From positions 1 through 60,601 of IMG/VR virus record IMGVR_UViG_3300030012_003336: a stretch of 60,601 nucleotides of DNA; one strand, given 5' to 3'. Shown here one piece after another: positions 38,294 through 47,923 of this stretch. Each line of letters opens with the position of its first letter. The first letter of the stretch is position 1. The DNA is from a virus (Duplodnaviria; Caudoviricetes). The notes under the pieces were generated by a model. That model worked only from the letters and a program-made list of their open reading frames with translations. It made no database searches and was not told the DNA's origin. A program made the translations under genes and the position numbers.

Positions 38294-40081
38294 TCAATCC
38301 AGCAAAACCGCATCGTTGTTTTGTAAGGCCCCCCTGAGAGATTTAATTGTTCGGCGTTGGCGCGGGTTGTTTTTCTCCGCTTCATTCGGTGGATCCACGG
38401 CGACTAACCCAAGACGTTGCCTAGCTAAATCCAAAGCCAGAAACGCGGCGTCTGCTAAATCAGGGCTTTTTCCAAAGCGAGATTTGAATTCTTGTTTAGA
38501 CTCTATTTTGACCCGAAGAGTTCCGCTTTTGACTAAATCGTAGTTTCTGCTGGTAATTTCTTGGGCTAAATCGTGCTTGATGCCAAATACTTGACGAGTT
38601 CGCATCAGCTCTTTTCCTACAAACCAAAGCTCCGAGACTCGATTAACATACAATTCTTCTCCAATTGCTTTGCTATTCGCACTAACCCGCCGGTCACTCG
38701 CTTTGCCCCCAAAGCTAACCCTTAAAAATCGATCCGACCACTCACCAGCCAATACATCACAAAAAGGTGCTCCGGCTCCAGTGGCGTCTACGGCCACGTT
38801 CTCAGGTAGAATATTTCTTCTAGTGCAGTGCTCTTTGATTTGTCTCACTATTTGATATGTGCGGGGAACAGCCTTGTTCGACGCATCATCGTTAAGATGT
38901 ATCGACTCCCCAAACTCGATTACAAATTGCCCCGTCGAGTCGTAGCCAACAGCCGCCGTGAACAAAATGGTTCGGTCACCGCCGTTGGTAAAAGCGGGAT
39001 CAATACCAGCCAAATAGATTGGTTGCCCTTTCCACGATACCTGGCTCATAGCCTTACTTATGGTTAGCTCGTTTTCTCCGTATATGCCTTGTGTCTCATC
39101 GCTGTCGAAGAAAACCGCGCGGACCATCCGCATGTAGCCTCGGGACTCAGGCCCTAGCAACGCCTTGTCCTCATTAATCTTTTCTTCTGTAGGTAACCAC
39201 GGATACAAGACCTCTCCGGCCAGTATGTTGGGGGATCTTTCTCCATCTAATCGGATGTAGTCCCCGCCCCATTTAGTTGTCCAGTCGTCTTGATTGTTTG
39301 TGTCCACTGAGTCCCACCCATTAATAGGTTCGGACCACACTCCAAAAGCATCAAACCTGCTGTTGGGATTGCTCATGCCTATGAGCTGAAACTCAGGGTT
39401 CTTCGACAGGTTGGTCAATCCGGCTTGCAGAATACTTTCTGACAACTCAGATAGCTCGTCTGCAATGAGCAGCGTTCTACGAGCCTTAATACCGATTAGC
39501 TTGCCTACAGCCTCGCGTGTCTTAGACCGCTCCGACGCAATCAACGATAGGCCCGCCCGCTCTATCAAAGTACCCTTTTCAGAAACATAAGCAGCCGATC
39601 CGATTGAATCCCGAATCTTGATCGGGGCACCCTCAACCACTGACAGTAAAGACATGACAGAACCCCAAATCCTTTTACGGGCTTCCCGTAAAGTAGTCGA
39701 GGTCATCAAGACTAGTGTGTCTTTGGGCTGGGACAGCCAATTAACAATACCCCATGCCGCCATAGTGTGACTCTTACCAGATGATGCGCTGCCCCCGATT
39801 GCTAAATACTTGTTATTCAAAGCAGCCCAAATCATTTGCTCCGCCCAAGGATGACGAACCATTAAAGGTTCCGGCAATTCATCATGATTCCATAGCTCGT
39901 CACAAATGCGCCAAAAGTAGTATTCCTTCGCACGTAAATTTTCATGGTGTGCAAATCCATAAAGCAAGCCAGTTAACGGACTCGTAGGTGGTATCATTAA
40001 CCCACCTACGTCCATCTTCTTAGTCTCCGCATCGATGTGCGGTTCTAGTATCTGCTTGATGGATTTCTTTGAAACGGACAT
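38294..40081 (-). CDS. terL: Terminase large subunit
   Basis: Walker A GSASSGKS, Walker B LLIADE, SNP, nuclease GIDPA..GGD, AVDATG, SPDLADA. Confidence 0.93.
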   Translation of the reverse strand: MSVSKKSIKQILEPHIDAETKKMDVGGLMIPPTSPLTGLLYGFAHHENLRAKEYYFWRICDELWNHDELPEPLMVRHPWAEQMIWAALNNKYLAIGGSASSGKSHTMAAWGIVNWLSQPKDTLVLMTSTTLREARKRIWGSVMSLLSVVEGAPIKIRDSIGSAAYVSEKGTLIERAGLSLIASERSKTREAVGKLIGIKARRTLLIADELSELSESILQAGLTNLSKNPEFQLIGMSNPNSRFDAFGVWSEPINGWDSVDTNNQDDWTTKWGGDYIRLDGERSPNILAGEVLYPWLPTEEKINEDKALLGPESRGYMRMVRAVFFDSDETQGIYGENELTISKAMSQVSWKGQPIYLAGIDPAFTNGGDRTILFTAAVGYDSTGQFVIEFGESIHLNDDASNKAVPRTYQIVRQIKEHCTRRNILPENVAVDATGAGAPFCDVLAGEWSDRFLRVSFGGKASDRRVSANSKAIGEELYVNRVSELWFVGKELMRTRQVFGIKHDLAQEITSRNYDLVKSGTLRVKIESKQEFKSRFGKSPDLADAAFLALDLARQRLGLVAVDPPNEAEKNNPRQRRTIKSLRGALQNNDAVLLD

Positions 40082-40110
40082 ACTAAACTCACAGCCTACG
40101 CCTAAGAAAA

Positions 40111-40674
40111 GTGTCTGACAAACCTAAACCCGATAGCTTACAACATAGAGCCCTTGCTATGTACAAGGACAACTGGAAGACCGTTTCGATTGCTAAAGAA
40201 CTGGGAGTCCATCCGGGAACGGTGCGGCGGTGGTTTAAAAAGATGGGGATGCCTGCAAAGAAAAACGGGCTGCAACCAAATCCTATACAGGAAGTATCTG
40301 AGGAAACCGACGCCATCGAAGCACACTTGGAGAACACTACCGACGAGGCGATTAAAAGAGCGCAGCACGACGAGAGGCAAAGAGAAGATGCTTCGATTAT
40401 AGACATCGCCGCAAGCCAAGCATCTCCGGCCGAAAAGTATCAGCACTACATTGCGGCTACGGGCATTAAACTGATGCGGGATGGAGTCAAAAACCTCCGC
40501 CCCCCTAAGACCGTGCGGGAGCTTTCTGAGTTAGATCAGATCGTGCGGCGTAATCTAGGTCTGAATTCCAAGAGTGGTGCGCCTGCAAAGATGCAGATCG
40601 ATATTTCTATTCTTAACAACACAAAAGCGGACAGGGGCGGCGGCGCAGTAAAACCTATTATTGACGTTGAATAA
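40111..40674 (+). CDS. HTH protein, candidate terminase small subunit
   Basis: N-terminal HTH VSIAKELGVHPGTVRRWF, helical middle, adjacent to terL. Confidence 0.6.
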   Translation: MSDKPKPDSLQHRALAMYKDNWKTVSIAKELGVHPGTVRRWFKKMGMPAKKNGLQPNPIQEVSEETDAIEAHLENTTDEAIKRAQHDERQREDASIIDIAASQASPAEKYQHYIAATGIKLMRDGVKNLRPPKTVRELSELDQIVRRNLGLNSKSGAPAKMQIDISILNNTKADRGGGAVKPIIDVE

Positions 40675-41057
40675 TGAGCTACTTTTTTAATTTTGATTCC
40701 GGAGCACCAGAATTTGATGGATCTCACTACGATCCAGACAACGACCCATATATTTTTAGGCAGGAAAATCCTGTGTATATGGAGTTCACAGAAACAAAAA
40801 AATACTCAGCAGGCAAGTCAACTACAGGGCCCAAAGGAGTAATCCTGTATAGCGAACTACGTGATGCTTTTCTGGGTATTGTTGAACACGCCTCCAAGCC
40901 ACCTGTTGCTTGTTACTCGACCTCGGGGACGTTGTCCATTCTACAGACTAAGCATGGGCTTAACTCTACAGAAGCTGAACTAGCTCTGGATCAATTGAAA
41001 TCGTGCAACCTCGGTCCAGAGACTCCTTGTTTTTTAGACTCAAGTTCGATTGAGTAA
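40674..41057 (+). CDS. Phage hypothetical protein
   Basis: 127 aa, DAFLG..PVACY..EA..TPCF pattern. Confidence 0.7.
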   Translation: MSYFFNFDSGAPEFDGSHYDPDNDPYIFRQENPVYMEFTETKKYSAGKSTTGPKGVILYSELRDAFLGIVEHASKPPVACYSTSGTLSILQTKHGLNSTEAELALDQLKSCNLGPETPCFLDSSSIE

Positions 41058-41305
41058 TGGACTCTATTTTCAAAGATAGGGAGGTAGAAATCAACCCTAC
41101 CGTCTTGATCAGAGAAGACGACAAAAGTAAAAACGATTTTACTTTTTACCGGAAACAACTGTTCGGTGTCTACTATCGAGTCACTCCTAAGACGCCGAAA
41201 GAAATATTCTTTATCCAAAGGCTAACTAAGAATTCTGTCCTGTTCACTCCTGACGCTGGCGACGGGCTTATTGTCGCTCCTTCTTGTTTCAAGCATCTTC
41301 AATGA
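41057..41305 (+). CDS. Hypothetical protein
   Basis: 82 aa, coupled to both neighbours. Confidence 0.65.
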   Translation: MDSIFKDREVEINPTVLIREDDKSKNDFTFYRKQLFGVYYRVTPKTPKEIFFIQRLTKNSVLFTPDAGDGLIVAPSCFKHLQ

Positions 41306-41793
41306 TCATTGGAATTGACAACGGGTTGGCTGGAGGTCTTTGTGCGATCTCAGATTTCAATGGTGTAATCATAGACAAGATTGCGATGCCAACACTTCAG
41401 CGATCTAAAAAGAAAGAGGTCTGCATTGATTCTATATCCAACTGGTTGACGCAATTTGATTCTCGCTTCACGTTAGCAATCGAGGAGCCCTTGGCACACG
41501 CCAAAAGTTCACAGGCAGTTCGCTCGATGGCACTTAGCTTTGGAAAACTGTTGGGTATGGCCGAGGTCAAAGGCTGGGCGCATAACAGGATCTCTGTCCA
41601 TAAATGGCAAAAAGAAATGCTCGGTAGGACTCCCAAGGGTATGACCAAAATAGCAGCCCTCAACACCGCTGAACGATTAGCGCCACAGGAGAACTGGTTG
41701 AAAAACAAACGCTGCCGGACACCGCACGACGGGATGATCGATGCGTTCTTGATAGCCCGATATTATTTGACAAAGGCTAACAAGAATCTATAA
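41302..41793 (+). CDS. RuvC-like Holliday junction resolvase
   Basis: IIGIDNG, IEE, SFG, WQK, DGMIDAFLIA. Confidence 0.85.
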   Translation: MIIGIDNGLAGGLCAISDFNGVIIDKIAMPTLQRSKKKEVCIDSISNWLTQFDSRFTLAIEEPLAHAKSSQAVRSMALSFGKLLGMAEVKGWAHNRISVHKWQKEMLGRTPKGMTKIAALNTAERLAPQENWLKNKRCRTPHDGMIDAFLIARYYLTKANKNL

Positions 41794-41794
41794 G
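41767..41794 (+). promoter_or_regulatory. Promoter for replication genes (leaderless type)
   Basis: TTGACA-16-TATAAG, 7 nt before ATG 41802. Confidence 0.65.
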
Positions 41795-41801
41795 GCCCGC
41801 T

Positions 41802-42920
41802 ATGCCTGACAGTCACTCTGACCGCGACCACGCGGAATTCAGTCCGTCGTCCCTTAAATATGTAGCCGGATGTCCTGGCTATGAGGGCCGCAGTGGAACT
41901 AGCGCGGCGGCTGAAAAAGGAACCCGGATCCATGAAGCCTTAGAAATCGAAGATCCTTCAAACCTTGAAAGCGAGGAAGAGGTAGACATCTACAACCAGA
42001 TCATGGTTCAGGAATCCGGATTCCTGAAAGAGTTTACGGATCAAGGAGTTACGGTTCTGGAAGACCTAAAGGAGATTCAGCTTAACGTAGAGCTGACAGG
42101 AACCGAAACGTGGGGGACCTGTGACCGGTTAAGTATCTTCGATAATCAGACAGCCGTTCTTGGGGACTACAAAACCGGTATCTCAGTCATAGACTCGCCA
42201 GAGATCAATAGGCAGGCTCAAGCATACACAGTAGGAGCTTTTCAAAAGTATCCCGACATCACAGAGATCACCTTTGTTTTCTATGTTCCTGTGAGGAACG
42301 AGGTGCTATCGCACAAGTTTCATAGAGACGATTTGCCTGGTCTTGTAGCCCAGCTATCCAAAATCATTAAGGATGGAGAAAGAATACGCCCCCGATGGAA
42401 ATTGGGGGAACAGGACCTCTCCGACCTATCTCCCACAGTCAATTGCAGGTTCTGCAAACACGAGGAGACTTGCCCAGCACTCGGGTATCTAGTCATCTCG
42501 GTCGCTAAAAAAATAAATCCAGACCTCCCCGAGGTGGACTTTGATAGCACGGAAAATCCTGAGATTGTCGAACAACTGTGGGTGATTGCTAAGATCGTAT
42601 CAAACTGGTCAGACAGACTGAAAAAAAGAGCGATTAAAATGGCGCAAGAGGGCGTGGAGTTTCCCACCTTGAAACTCAAAAGCATGGGCTCTCCTAGAAA
42701 AATTTCGGATAATGAAGCGATGCTTAAAGTAGCCGAAGGCTATGGTATGAGCCTAGAAACTATCTTAGGACTCGCCAGCATACCCCTTGGAAAGCTGTCA
42801 AAAGAAGCGGCAGCAAACGCTGAAAGAGGAAGCAAGAAGAAAATTTCTGACGAATTTCTTGACGACTTAGAAAGCCAAGGCATTATCGAAACCTCAAATC
42901 CAAGATTTACTCTTGGATAG
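41802..42920 (+). CDS. Cas4-like/DUF2800 PD-(D/E)XK exonuclease
   Basis: SPSS..CPG, GTRIH, GTCD, DYKTG, Q..AY, CRFC....CP. Confidence 0.85.
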   Translation: MPDSHSDRDHAEFSPSSLKYVAGCPGYEGRSGTSAAAEKGTRIHEALEIEDPSNLESEEEVDIYNQIMVQESGFLKEFTDQGVTVLEDLKEIQLNVELTGTETWGTCDRLSIFDNQTAVLGDYKTGISVIDSPEINRQAQAYTVGAFQKYPDITEITFVFYVPVRNEVLSHKFHRDDLPGLVAQLSKIIKDGERIRPRWKLGEQDLSDLSPTVNCRFCKHEETCPALGYLVISVAKKINPDLPEVDFDSTENPEIVEQLWVIAKIVSNWSDRLKKRAIKMAQEGVEFPTLKLKSMGSPRKISDNEAMLKVAEGYGMSLETILGLASIPLGKLSKEAAANAERGSKKKISDEFLDDLESQGIIETSNPRFTLG

Positions 42921-42958
42921 AACAGAGAAAATAGAACAGAGAAAATAGAACAGAGAAA
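42918..42958 (+). repeat. 14-nt tandem repeat x3 in leader of putative SSB gene
   Basis: TAGAACAGAGAAAA TAGAACAGAGAAAA TAGAACAGAGAAA. Confidence 0.9.
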
Positions 42959-42962
42959 TAAG

Positions 42963-43613
42963 ATGAGTAGTACTAAGCTAGCTAAAATCAGTGAGACACA
43001 GAAAGCGATTGTTGCCCAGTTGCAGCAAAACATGATGGTCGATGCAGGCGATTTGGAAATACCAAGACTCAACGTCGTGCAGAAAACCTCAAACATCGAT
43101 GCCCCTTTTGGGTCGTTGGTAATCGACAAGCAATTTGTGCTTGCTGATCCCGGTCAGAAAATAAGCTGTATCCCAATCAACACCATGAAAGGGTGGGTCG
43201 AAGACGTTCCTTTTGGTGAGGGCGATGCTCGAAGGGCTTACAATGAGGCCGATAAGGATGCGCTGCAAAACGATTCCAAGTTTAAGATCTTGGAGTTTGC
43301 AGAAGTCGTGTTGGGCTTTCCGCAGCCCGAAGAGTCTGAAACAGCCGATGAAGCCTACCCCCACATCGTTGGAGGTAAGAACTACGCAATCGGTAAAATC
43401 TACGTGCAAAAAGGAGCGTATAGATTTGTGTTCAAAAAACTCGCGACGTTCTTGCAATGTAACCCAACTTTACCCTTATTCTGGGTGAATTGGTCTATCA
43501 CTACGATGGAGAAAACCGCAGGTATGAACACATGGTTTGAACCGATGCTTTCAAATAGCACCAGTGAAACCACTGAAGCCGAGCGGGATTGGGCTACAAA
43601 GTTTGTGATTTAA
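42963..43613 (+). CDS. Putative single-stranded DNA-binding protein
   Basis: DLEIPRLNVVQ..S start; sits between the exonuclease and PolA. Confidence 0.55.
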   Translation: MSSTKLAKISETQKAIVAQLQQNMMVDAGDLEIPRLNVVQKTSNIDAPFGSLVIDKQFVLADPGQKISCIPINTMKGWVEDVPFGEGDARRAYNEADKDALQNDSKFKILEFAEVVLGFPQPEESETADEAYPHIVGGKNYAIGKIYVQKGAYRFVFKKLATFLQCNPTLPLFWVNWSITTMEKTAGMNTWFEPMLSNSTSETTEAERDWATKFVI

Positions 43614-43855
43614 TGAGTGATCCAAACTTTGACGCTGGGGTCGTCCGCAAAGAGATCGATAATCTTAACGAGATGATCGGCCAGGCTAACGAGCAAATAA
43701 AAGTGAGCAAGTCTGCTCTGTCTACTTTTTACCACGTTCGGAGCGCACTGGCTCATTCCATTGGAGAGCGCATTGACATCCCTGATGACAATCAGCTTAA
43801 CCTTTCTCTCGTCATTGACGAGGTGATTACCGAGACATCGCTGGGTGATAAATAG
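43613..43855 (+). CDS. Hypothetical coiled-coil protein
   Basis: ATG overlaps the upstream TAA. Confidence 0.65.
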   Translation: MSDPNFDAGVVRKEIDNLNEMIGQANEQIKVSKSALSTFYHVRSALAHSIGERIDIPDDNQLNLSLVIDEVITETSLGDK

Positions 43856-43858
43856 GTA

Positions 43859-43941
43859 ATGTGGCGGATCAATAAGACGGGGCACGGCTTATTGGTCTGG
43901 TCAATTGCATGGCCTTTAGGGTAACCACATAAAACCCTAAA
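43859..43941 (+). ncRNA. Candidate pseudoknotted structured RNA
   Basis: ATGTGG/CCACAT, GATCAATAAG/CTTATTGGTC, GGTCA/TGGCC, TTTAGGGT/ACCCTAAA. Confidence 0.5.
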
Positions 43942-43944
43942 ATC

Positions 43945-43984
43945 ATACCCCCACAGGTAGTCTCGGGCCTGTGGGGGTATTTTT
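43945..43984 (+). terminator. Terminator-like hairpin directly before polA start
   Basis: 13-bp ATACCCCCACAGG/CCTGTGGGGGTAT stem followed by TTTT. Confidence 0.75.
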
Positions 43985-43988
43985 AGAT

Positions 43989-45764
43989 ATGACTGTTTAC
44001 GCAATAGATTTTGAGACCTACTACGACAAAGATTGTTCTATCCGGACTCTCGGACCTCTAGGGTATTTTGCTCACCCAGATTTTGACGCCTACATGGTTA
44101 CGGTTGTCGGGGACGATGGGACTGAGTTTGTTGGTCACCCTAAAGATTTTGATTGGTCTCTGATAACGGGAAACATAGCCCTTTCCCACAACGCTACTTT
44201 TGATGAAACCTTATATTTATATGGAATTAGGCAAGGATGGTGGGAAGAAGCCACGCCAGAACACTGGCACTGTACGGCGGATATGGCCGCGTATGTGCGG
44301 CTTCCTCGCTCGCTTAAAGCATCTACTAAAGCGGCCTTTGGACTAGAAGTTGATAAGTCCACACGGGACAACATGAGTGGAAAGAAATGGGAGTCGATGG
44401 ATGAAGACTTCAAGACGGAAGTTAGTGAATACGCCCTCAAAGACTCTGAGCTATGCTTACAGCTTTGGGACACTTTCAGCGAACAATGGCCCGAAAGAGA
44501 GCGTGTCATAAGCACACTGAACCGAAGAATTTGTCAGGGCGGGATTCCTATCGACACTGATTTACTGAAGACACAACTTGAAACCATAGCTGGTTATTTG
44601 TTTGAAGCAGAAAATGCAATCCCGTGGATGGGGTCTAAACCTCTCTTGAGCCGGGCAGCATTTGACGAACACTGTCAAAATTTAGGCTTAGAGCCGCCTG
44701 CCAGTCTGGCAGCAACAGATCCCGAGGCTAAAAAATGGTTGGAATATCACGGAAAGAAACATTCTTGGATCAACGCCGTGCAAAACTGGAGACGTATAAA
44801 TGCATTAAAGAAAAAGGTCGAAAGCTTTGATGTAGCGACAATGCCTGATGGCCGTTACTACGGCGGCTTTATGTATTTTGGAGCGCACACTGGACGATTT
44901 AGTGGGAGCGGAGGAAATCTTAATCTACAGAATTTACCACGGGACGAGATGTTCGGGGTCAATCTTCGGCACCTTATACGGGCTAAACAAGGAACGAAGC
45001 TAGTCGTTGTAGATCTTAGCCAGATCGAAGTAAGAACTTTATGCTGGCTTGCTAAGGATAGTCAGATGATGGAGGAAATCGCTTCTTGCGAAGACATTTA
45101 TGAGGCGTTTGCAATCCGCTTCAACCTTTGGCAAAAGGAATCCGGATCCCTGAAACAGGACCCCAAGCTCCGGCACAAAGTAAAAGCCATGGTGCTAGGA
45201 TGCGGATACGGGGCAGGCAAGAAACGCTTCGCAGAAATGTCCGGCATGAAGCGTTCAGAAGCTGACGCAGCCGTGGATATGTATCGAGACTCGATGAGGA
45301 GCGTGACTCAATTATGGCAAAAATATAATATGACAATCTCGTCGTCGCACGAACTGACACAACAGGGATACCCCACAAAGTTTGTCGTGCCCTTACCAAG
45401 TGGCCGGGTTCTGGATTACGGTTACATCAGAGAAGACTATGTCGAGAACAAAGGGAGTCAGTACACAGCTTACTTTCCTAAAGGTACAAAAATGGTTCCT
45501 ACAAGATTGTGGGGAGGGTTTGTGGCTGAGAACGCCTCTCAAGCATTAGCGCGGGATATTTTTTCAGACATGCTTGTCCGGGTATCGGAAGCCGGTCACA
45601 AAATAATTATGCACGTTCACGATGAAATCGTCGTGGAGACCGAGAAAAACTGTGCCGAGCAAACTCTTTCTGAGATGATTGAAATTATGACGACACCCCC
45701 GGAATGGATTCCGGATATACCCTTAGATGCAGATGGTTCTGTAGTAGAGAAATACACTAAATGA
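43989..45764 (+). CDS. polA: Family A DNA polymerase with 3'-5' exonuclease
   Basis: IDFET, AHTGRFSG, LQNLPR, motif A DLSQIEVR, motif B RHKVKAMVLGCGYG, motif C HVHDE. Confidence 0.95.
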   Translation: MTVYAIDFETYYDKDCSIRTLGPLGYFAHPDFDAYMVTVVGDDGTEFVGHPKDFDWSLITGNIALSHNATFDETLYLYGIRQGWWEEATPEHWHCTADMAAYVRLPRSLKASTKAAFGLEVDKSTRDNMSGKKWESMDEDFKTEVSEYALKDSELCLQLWDTFSEQWPERERVISTLNRRICQGGIPIDTDLLKTQLETIAGYLFEAENAIPWMGSKPLLSRAAFDEHCQNLGLEPPASLAATDPEAKKWLEYHGKKHSWINAVQNWRRINALKKKVESFDVATMPDGRYYGGFMYFGAHTGRFSGSGGNLNLQNLPRDEMFGVNLRHLIRAKQGTKLVVVDLSQIEVRTLCWLAKDSQMMEEIASCEDIYEAFAIRFNLWQKESGSLKQDPKLRHKVKAMVLGCGYGAGKKRFAEMSGMKRSEADAAVDMYRDSMRSVTQLWQKYNMTISSSHELTQQGYPTKFVVPLPSGRVLDYGYIREDYVENKGSQYTAYFPKGTKMVPTRLWGGFVAENASQALARDIFSDMLVRVSEAGHKIIMHVHDEIVVETEKNCAEQTLSEMIEIMTTPPEWIPDIPLDADGSVVEKYTK

Positions 45765-47923
45765 CTTACCGATATATAAAAAACCTTAGGGATGCTTCAG
45801 CGCAAAAGTGCTCTGACCTGTCGTCTCTAAAAACACAAAAACCTGGATTCCAAAACAAGGCTGACTACAGAGCATGGTGCGCCACAGATACCACCAATCA
45901 TGTATTCTACACAGCCCTAGAAGGTAGAGCCCCGTCGAAAAGAATATCGGCCGACAATCCCGTCAACGTAGCGCACGGCATGGTGATTGACTACGATGCC
46001 CCGGTAGATTGGAACTTGGTAGAACTCAAAATAAAAACGGTGTGCAAAGATAAACTTCCGACATGGAGGTCTAGGACGCACTCGGGATACATAAGACTAG
46101 TATGGGAGTTTGACACACCCGTCCCTATTAGTCCTGATATGTTTTCTGCTTTCTTTAACGAGTTAAAAAATATTCTCCAAGCGCATAAAGTCTTCGCGGG
46201 GTTTGACAACACTTCTTTAAACGCGGCTCAATATTTCGAGCTTGGAGAAGACTGGACAAAGATAGGAGACCCCTTGCCAGACAGTGTGATACAGACGGCG
46301 CTGTTGAAAGCAGCGAATGTAGCGCCTCCTCAGAGTAAAGACACCGCGATCCCCATCGAGGTCATTGCAGCTAAGGTAGCCGAAACCTATGGTCATCGTT
46401 GGCGAGGAGAATTTGAAGTAGGGTGCCGAGGTCCTTTGTTTTGGATTGATGATGGTATCGATAGAGAGGGGGCTCAAGTCTCGGAGGATGGGATGATTTG
46501 TTACAGCGACCGTGCTGGTAGGGGATTCGTAACATGGAGGGATATCTTTGGAGCCGAATTTGTATCTGACTACGAACAAAAGAAAATGGGGAATCTTTTG
46601 GATGAGTATTGGTTCAATGGAAAAACATTTTTTAAACTGCTCAACAATATCGCGGTTCAAATTCCCAGAGACCAAATAATACTAGAGCTAAGACAACTGG
46701 GATTTAGTCCCAAGAAGAAGAAAGGTGTTCCTTTGTCTGAAGTAGAGTCGGCCCTTCTTGTCATCAGCAATCAAAATAGAATCCACGAAATCGCCCCCGT
46801 AGTGTTTTCAAAAGAGAGAATTGTAGAATGTAGTGGGAACAGGATTCTTAATACATCTATGATTGAGCCTGTAGAACCGGCTGAAAGCGGTGCTAAAGAA
46901 CACTGGCCTTTCTTATACGGGTGGCTTACCCAACTATTCGAGAACTCTACTGACAGGCCCACTGTCGAATATTTCTTTGCGTGGATGAAGAGATTTTATG
47001 AGGCTGTTTTGGAAAGAGAACCGAAGCAGGGCCAGGCACTTATTCTTGTGGGCCCGACCAACAAAGGCAAAAGCTTACTATCAAACAGGGTCATCTCTGG
47101 ATTGGTCGGAGGATTCTCTGACGCTTCGGATTACTTATCGGGGCACACCAAGTTTAACAAAGATCTTGGCCGAGTAGCTGCTTGGGTAATCGACGACACG
47201 ACAAGTGCAAGTTCTTTCCAAGACCAGCGAAAAGCTACTGAGTTGATAAAAAGGGCGGTCGCTAATCCACGAATTGAATACATGGCTAAGTATGCGGATG
47301 CCCTGTCTATTCCTTGGGCAGGTAGAGTTATTATGTCCTTAAACATGGACGCAAATAGCTTGTCTGTGATACCGGCCTTGGACAGCAGTAACAGGGATAA
47401 GCTCATAGCGTTGAAAGTAAGGGATGACGCTACGAGTAAGTTTCCAGCGAATAAAATTCTAGAAGAGACTATTTGGAGAGAATTACCCCACTTTGGAAAG
47501 TGGCTTATGGATTGGCAAGTACCACAAGAAATAGAATCTTACGGCCGTTTCGGCGTTAACAGCTTCATCGACATAGCGGTTGCATCTGCGGCTTACGACA
47601 ATTCAAGCAGGTCTTCGGTGGCAGAACTAGTTGAGTTCTTTGCCAAGAGATGTCGTTCAATGAACGACTCAATAAAGCAATGGGAAGGAACTCTTACAGA
47701 GTTTCAAGTAACTCTGCACGATTTTAACAACGGAAGAAACGTGGGAATGTCGAACAACTTAGAGTTCGTTCGGCGGGGTATGTCAGCGTTAGAAGAAGCA
47801 GGCAAAGCAAACCCAAACGTAAGACCAGTTAAATCTGTGGGGCACGGCGGAGGTAAGGTCTGGTCAATCAGTATTGACGAAAAGTATGATATTACTCCGG
47901 CCTTAGTGTCACTTCCAACTTAA
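45761..47923 (+). CDS. Primase-helicase (prim-pol-like N-terminus, SF3-like ATPase)
   Basis: IDYD, SRTHSG..RLVW, Walker A GPTNKGKS, VIDD. Confidence 0.8.
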   Translation: MTYRYIKNLRDASAQKCSDLSSLKTQKPGFQNKADYRAWCATDTTNHVFYTALEGRAPSKRISADNPVNVAHGMVIDYDAPVDWNLVELKIKTVCKDKLPTWRSRTHSGYIRLVWEFDTPVPISPDMFSAFFNELKNILQAHKVFAGFDNTSLNAAQYFELGEDWTKIGDPLPDSVIQTALLKAANVAPPQSKDTAIPIEVIAAKVAETYGHRWRGEFEVGCRGPLFWIDDGIDREGAQVSEDGMICYSDRAGRGFVTWRDIFGAEFVSDYEQKKMGNLLDEYWFNGKTFFKLLNNIAVQIPRDQIILELRQLGFSPKKKKGVPLSEVESALLVISNQNRIHEIAPVVFSKERIVECSGNRILNTSMIEPVEPAESGAKEHWPFLYGWLTQLFENSTDRPTVEYFFAWMKRFYEAVLEREPKQGQALILVGPTNKGKSLLSNRVISGLVGGFSDASDYLSGHTKFNKDLGRVAAWVIDDTTSASSFQDQRKATELIKRAVANPRIEYMAKYADALSIPWAGRVIMSLNMDANSLSVIPALDSSNRDKLIALKVRDDATSKFPANKILEETIWRELPHFGKWLMDWQVPQEIESYGRFGVNSFIDIAVASAAYDNSSRSSVAELVEFFAKRCRSMNDSIKQWEGTLTEFQVTLHDFNNGRNVGMSNNLEFVRRGMSALEEAGKANPNVRPVKSVGHGGGKVWSISIDEKYDITPALVSLPT

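Noticed and set aside
41802-42920. Cas4-like gene as part of a CRISPR-Cas system
   Set aside because: No cas1/cas2 or array; normal phage replication context
43859-43941. Pistol ribozyme (GUGG..UUAGGG..CCAC..CCCUAA resemblance)
   Set aside because: Two hairpins are inserted in the P1 loop and the downstream P2/P3 catalytic elements are absent; kept only as an unknown structured RNA
43989-45764. DpoZ/2-aminoadenine DNA system
   Set aside because: No purZ-like gene is visible in the window
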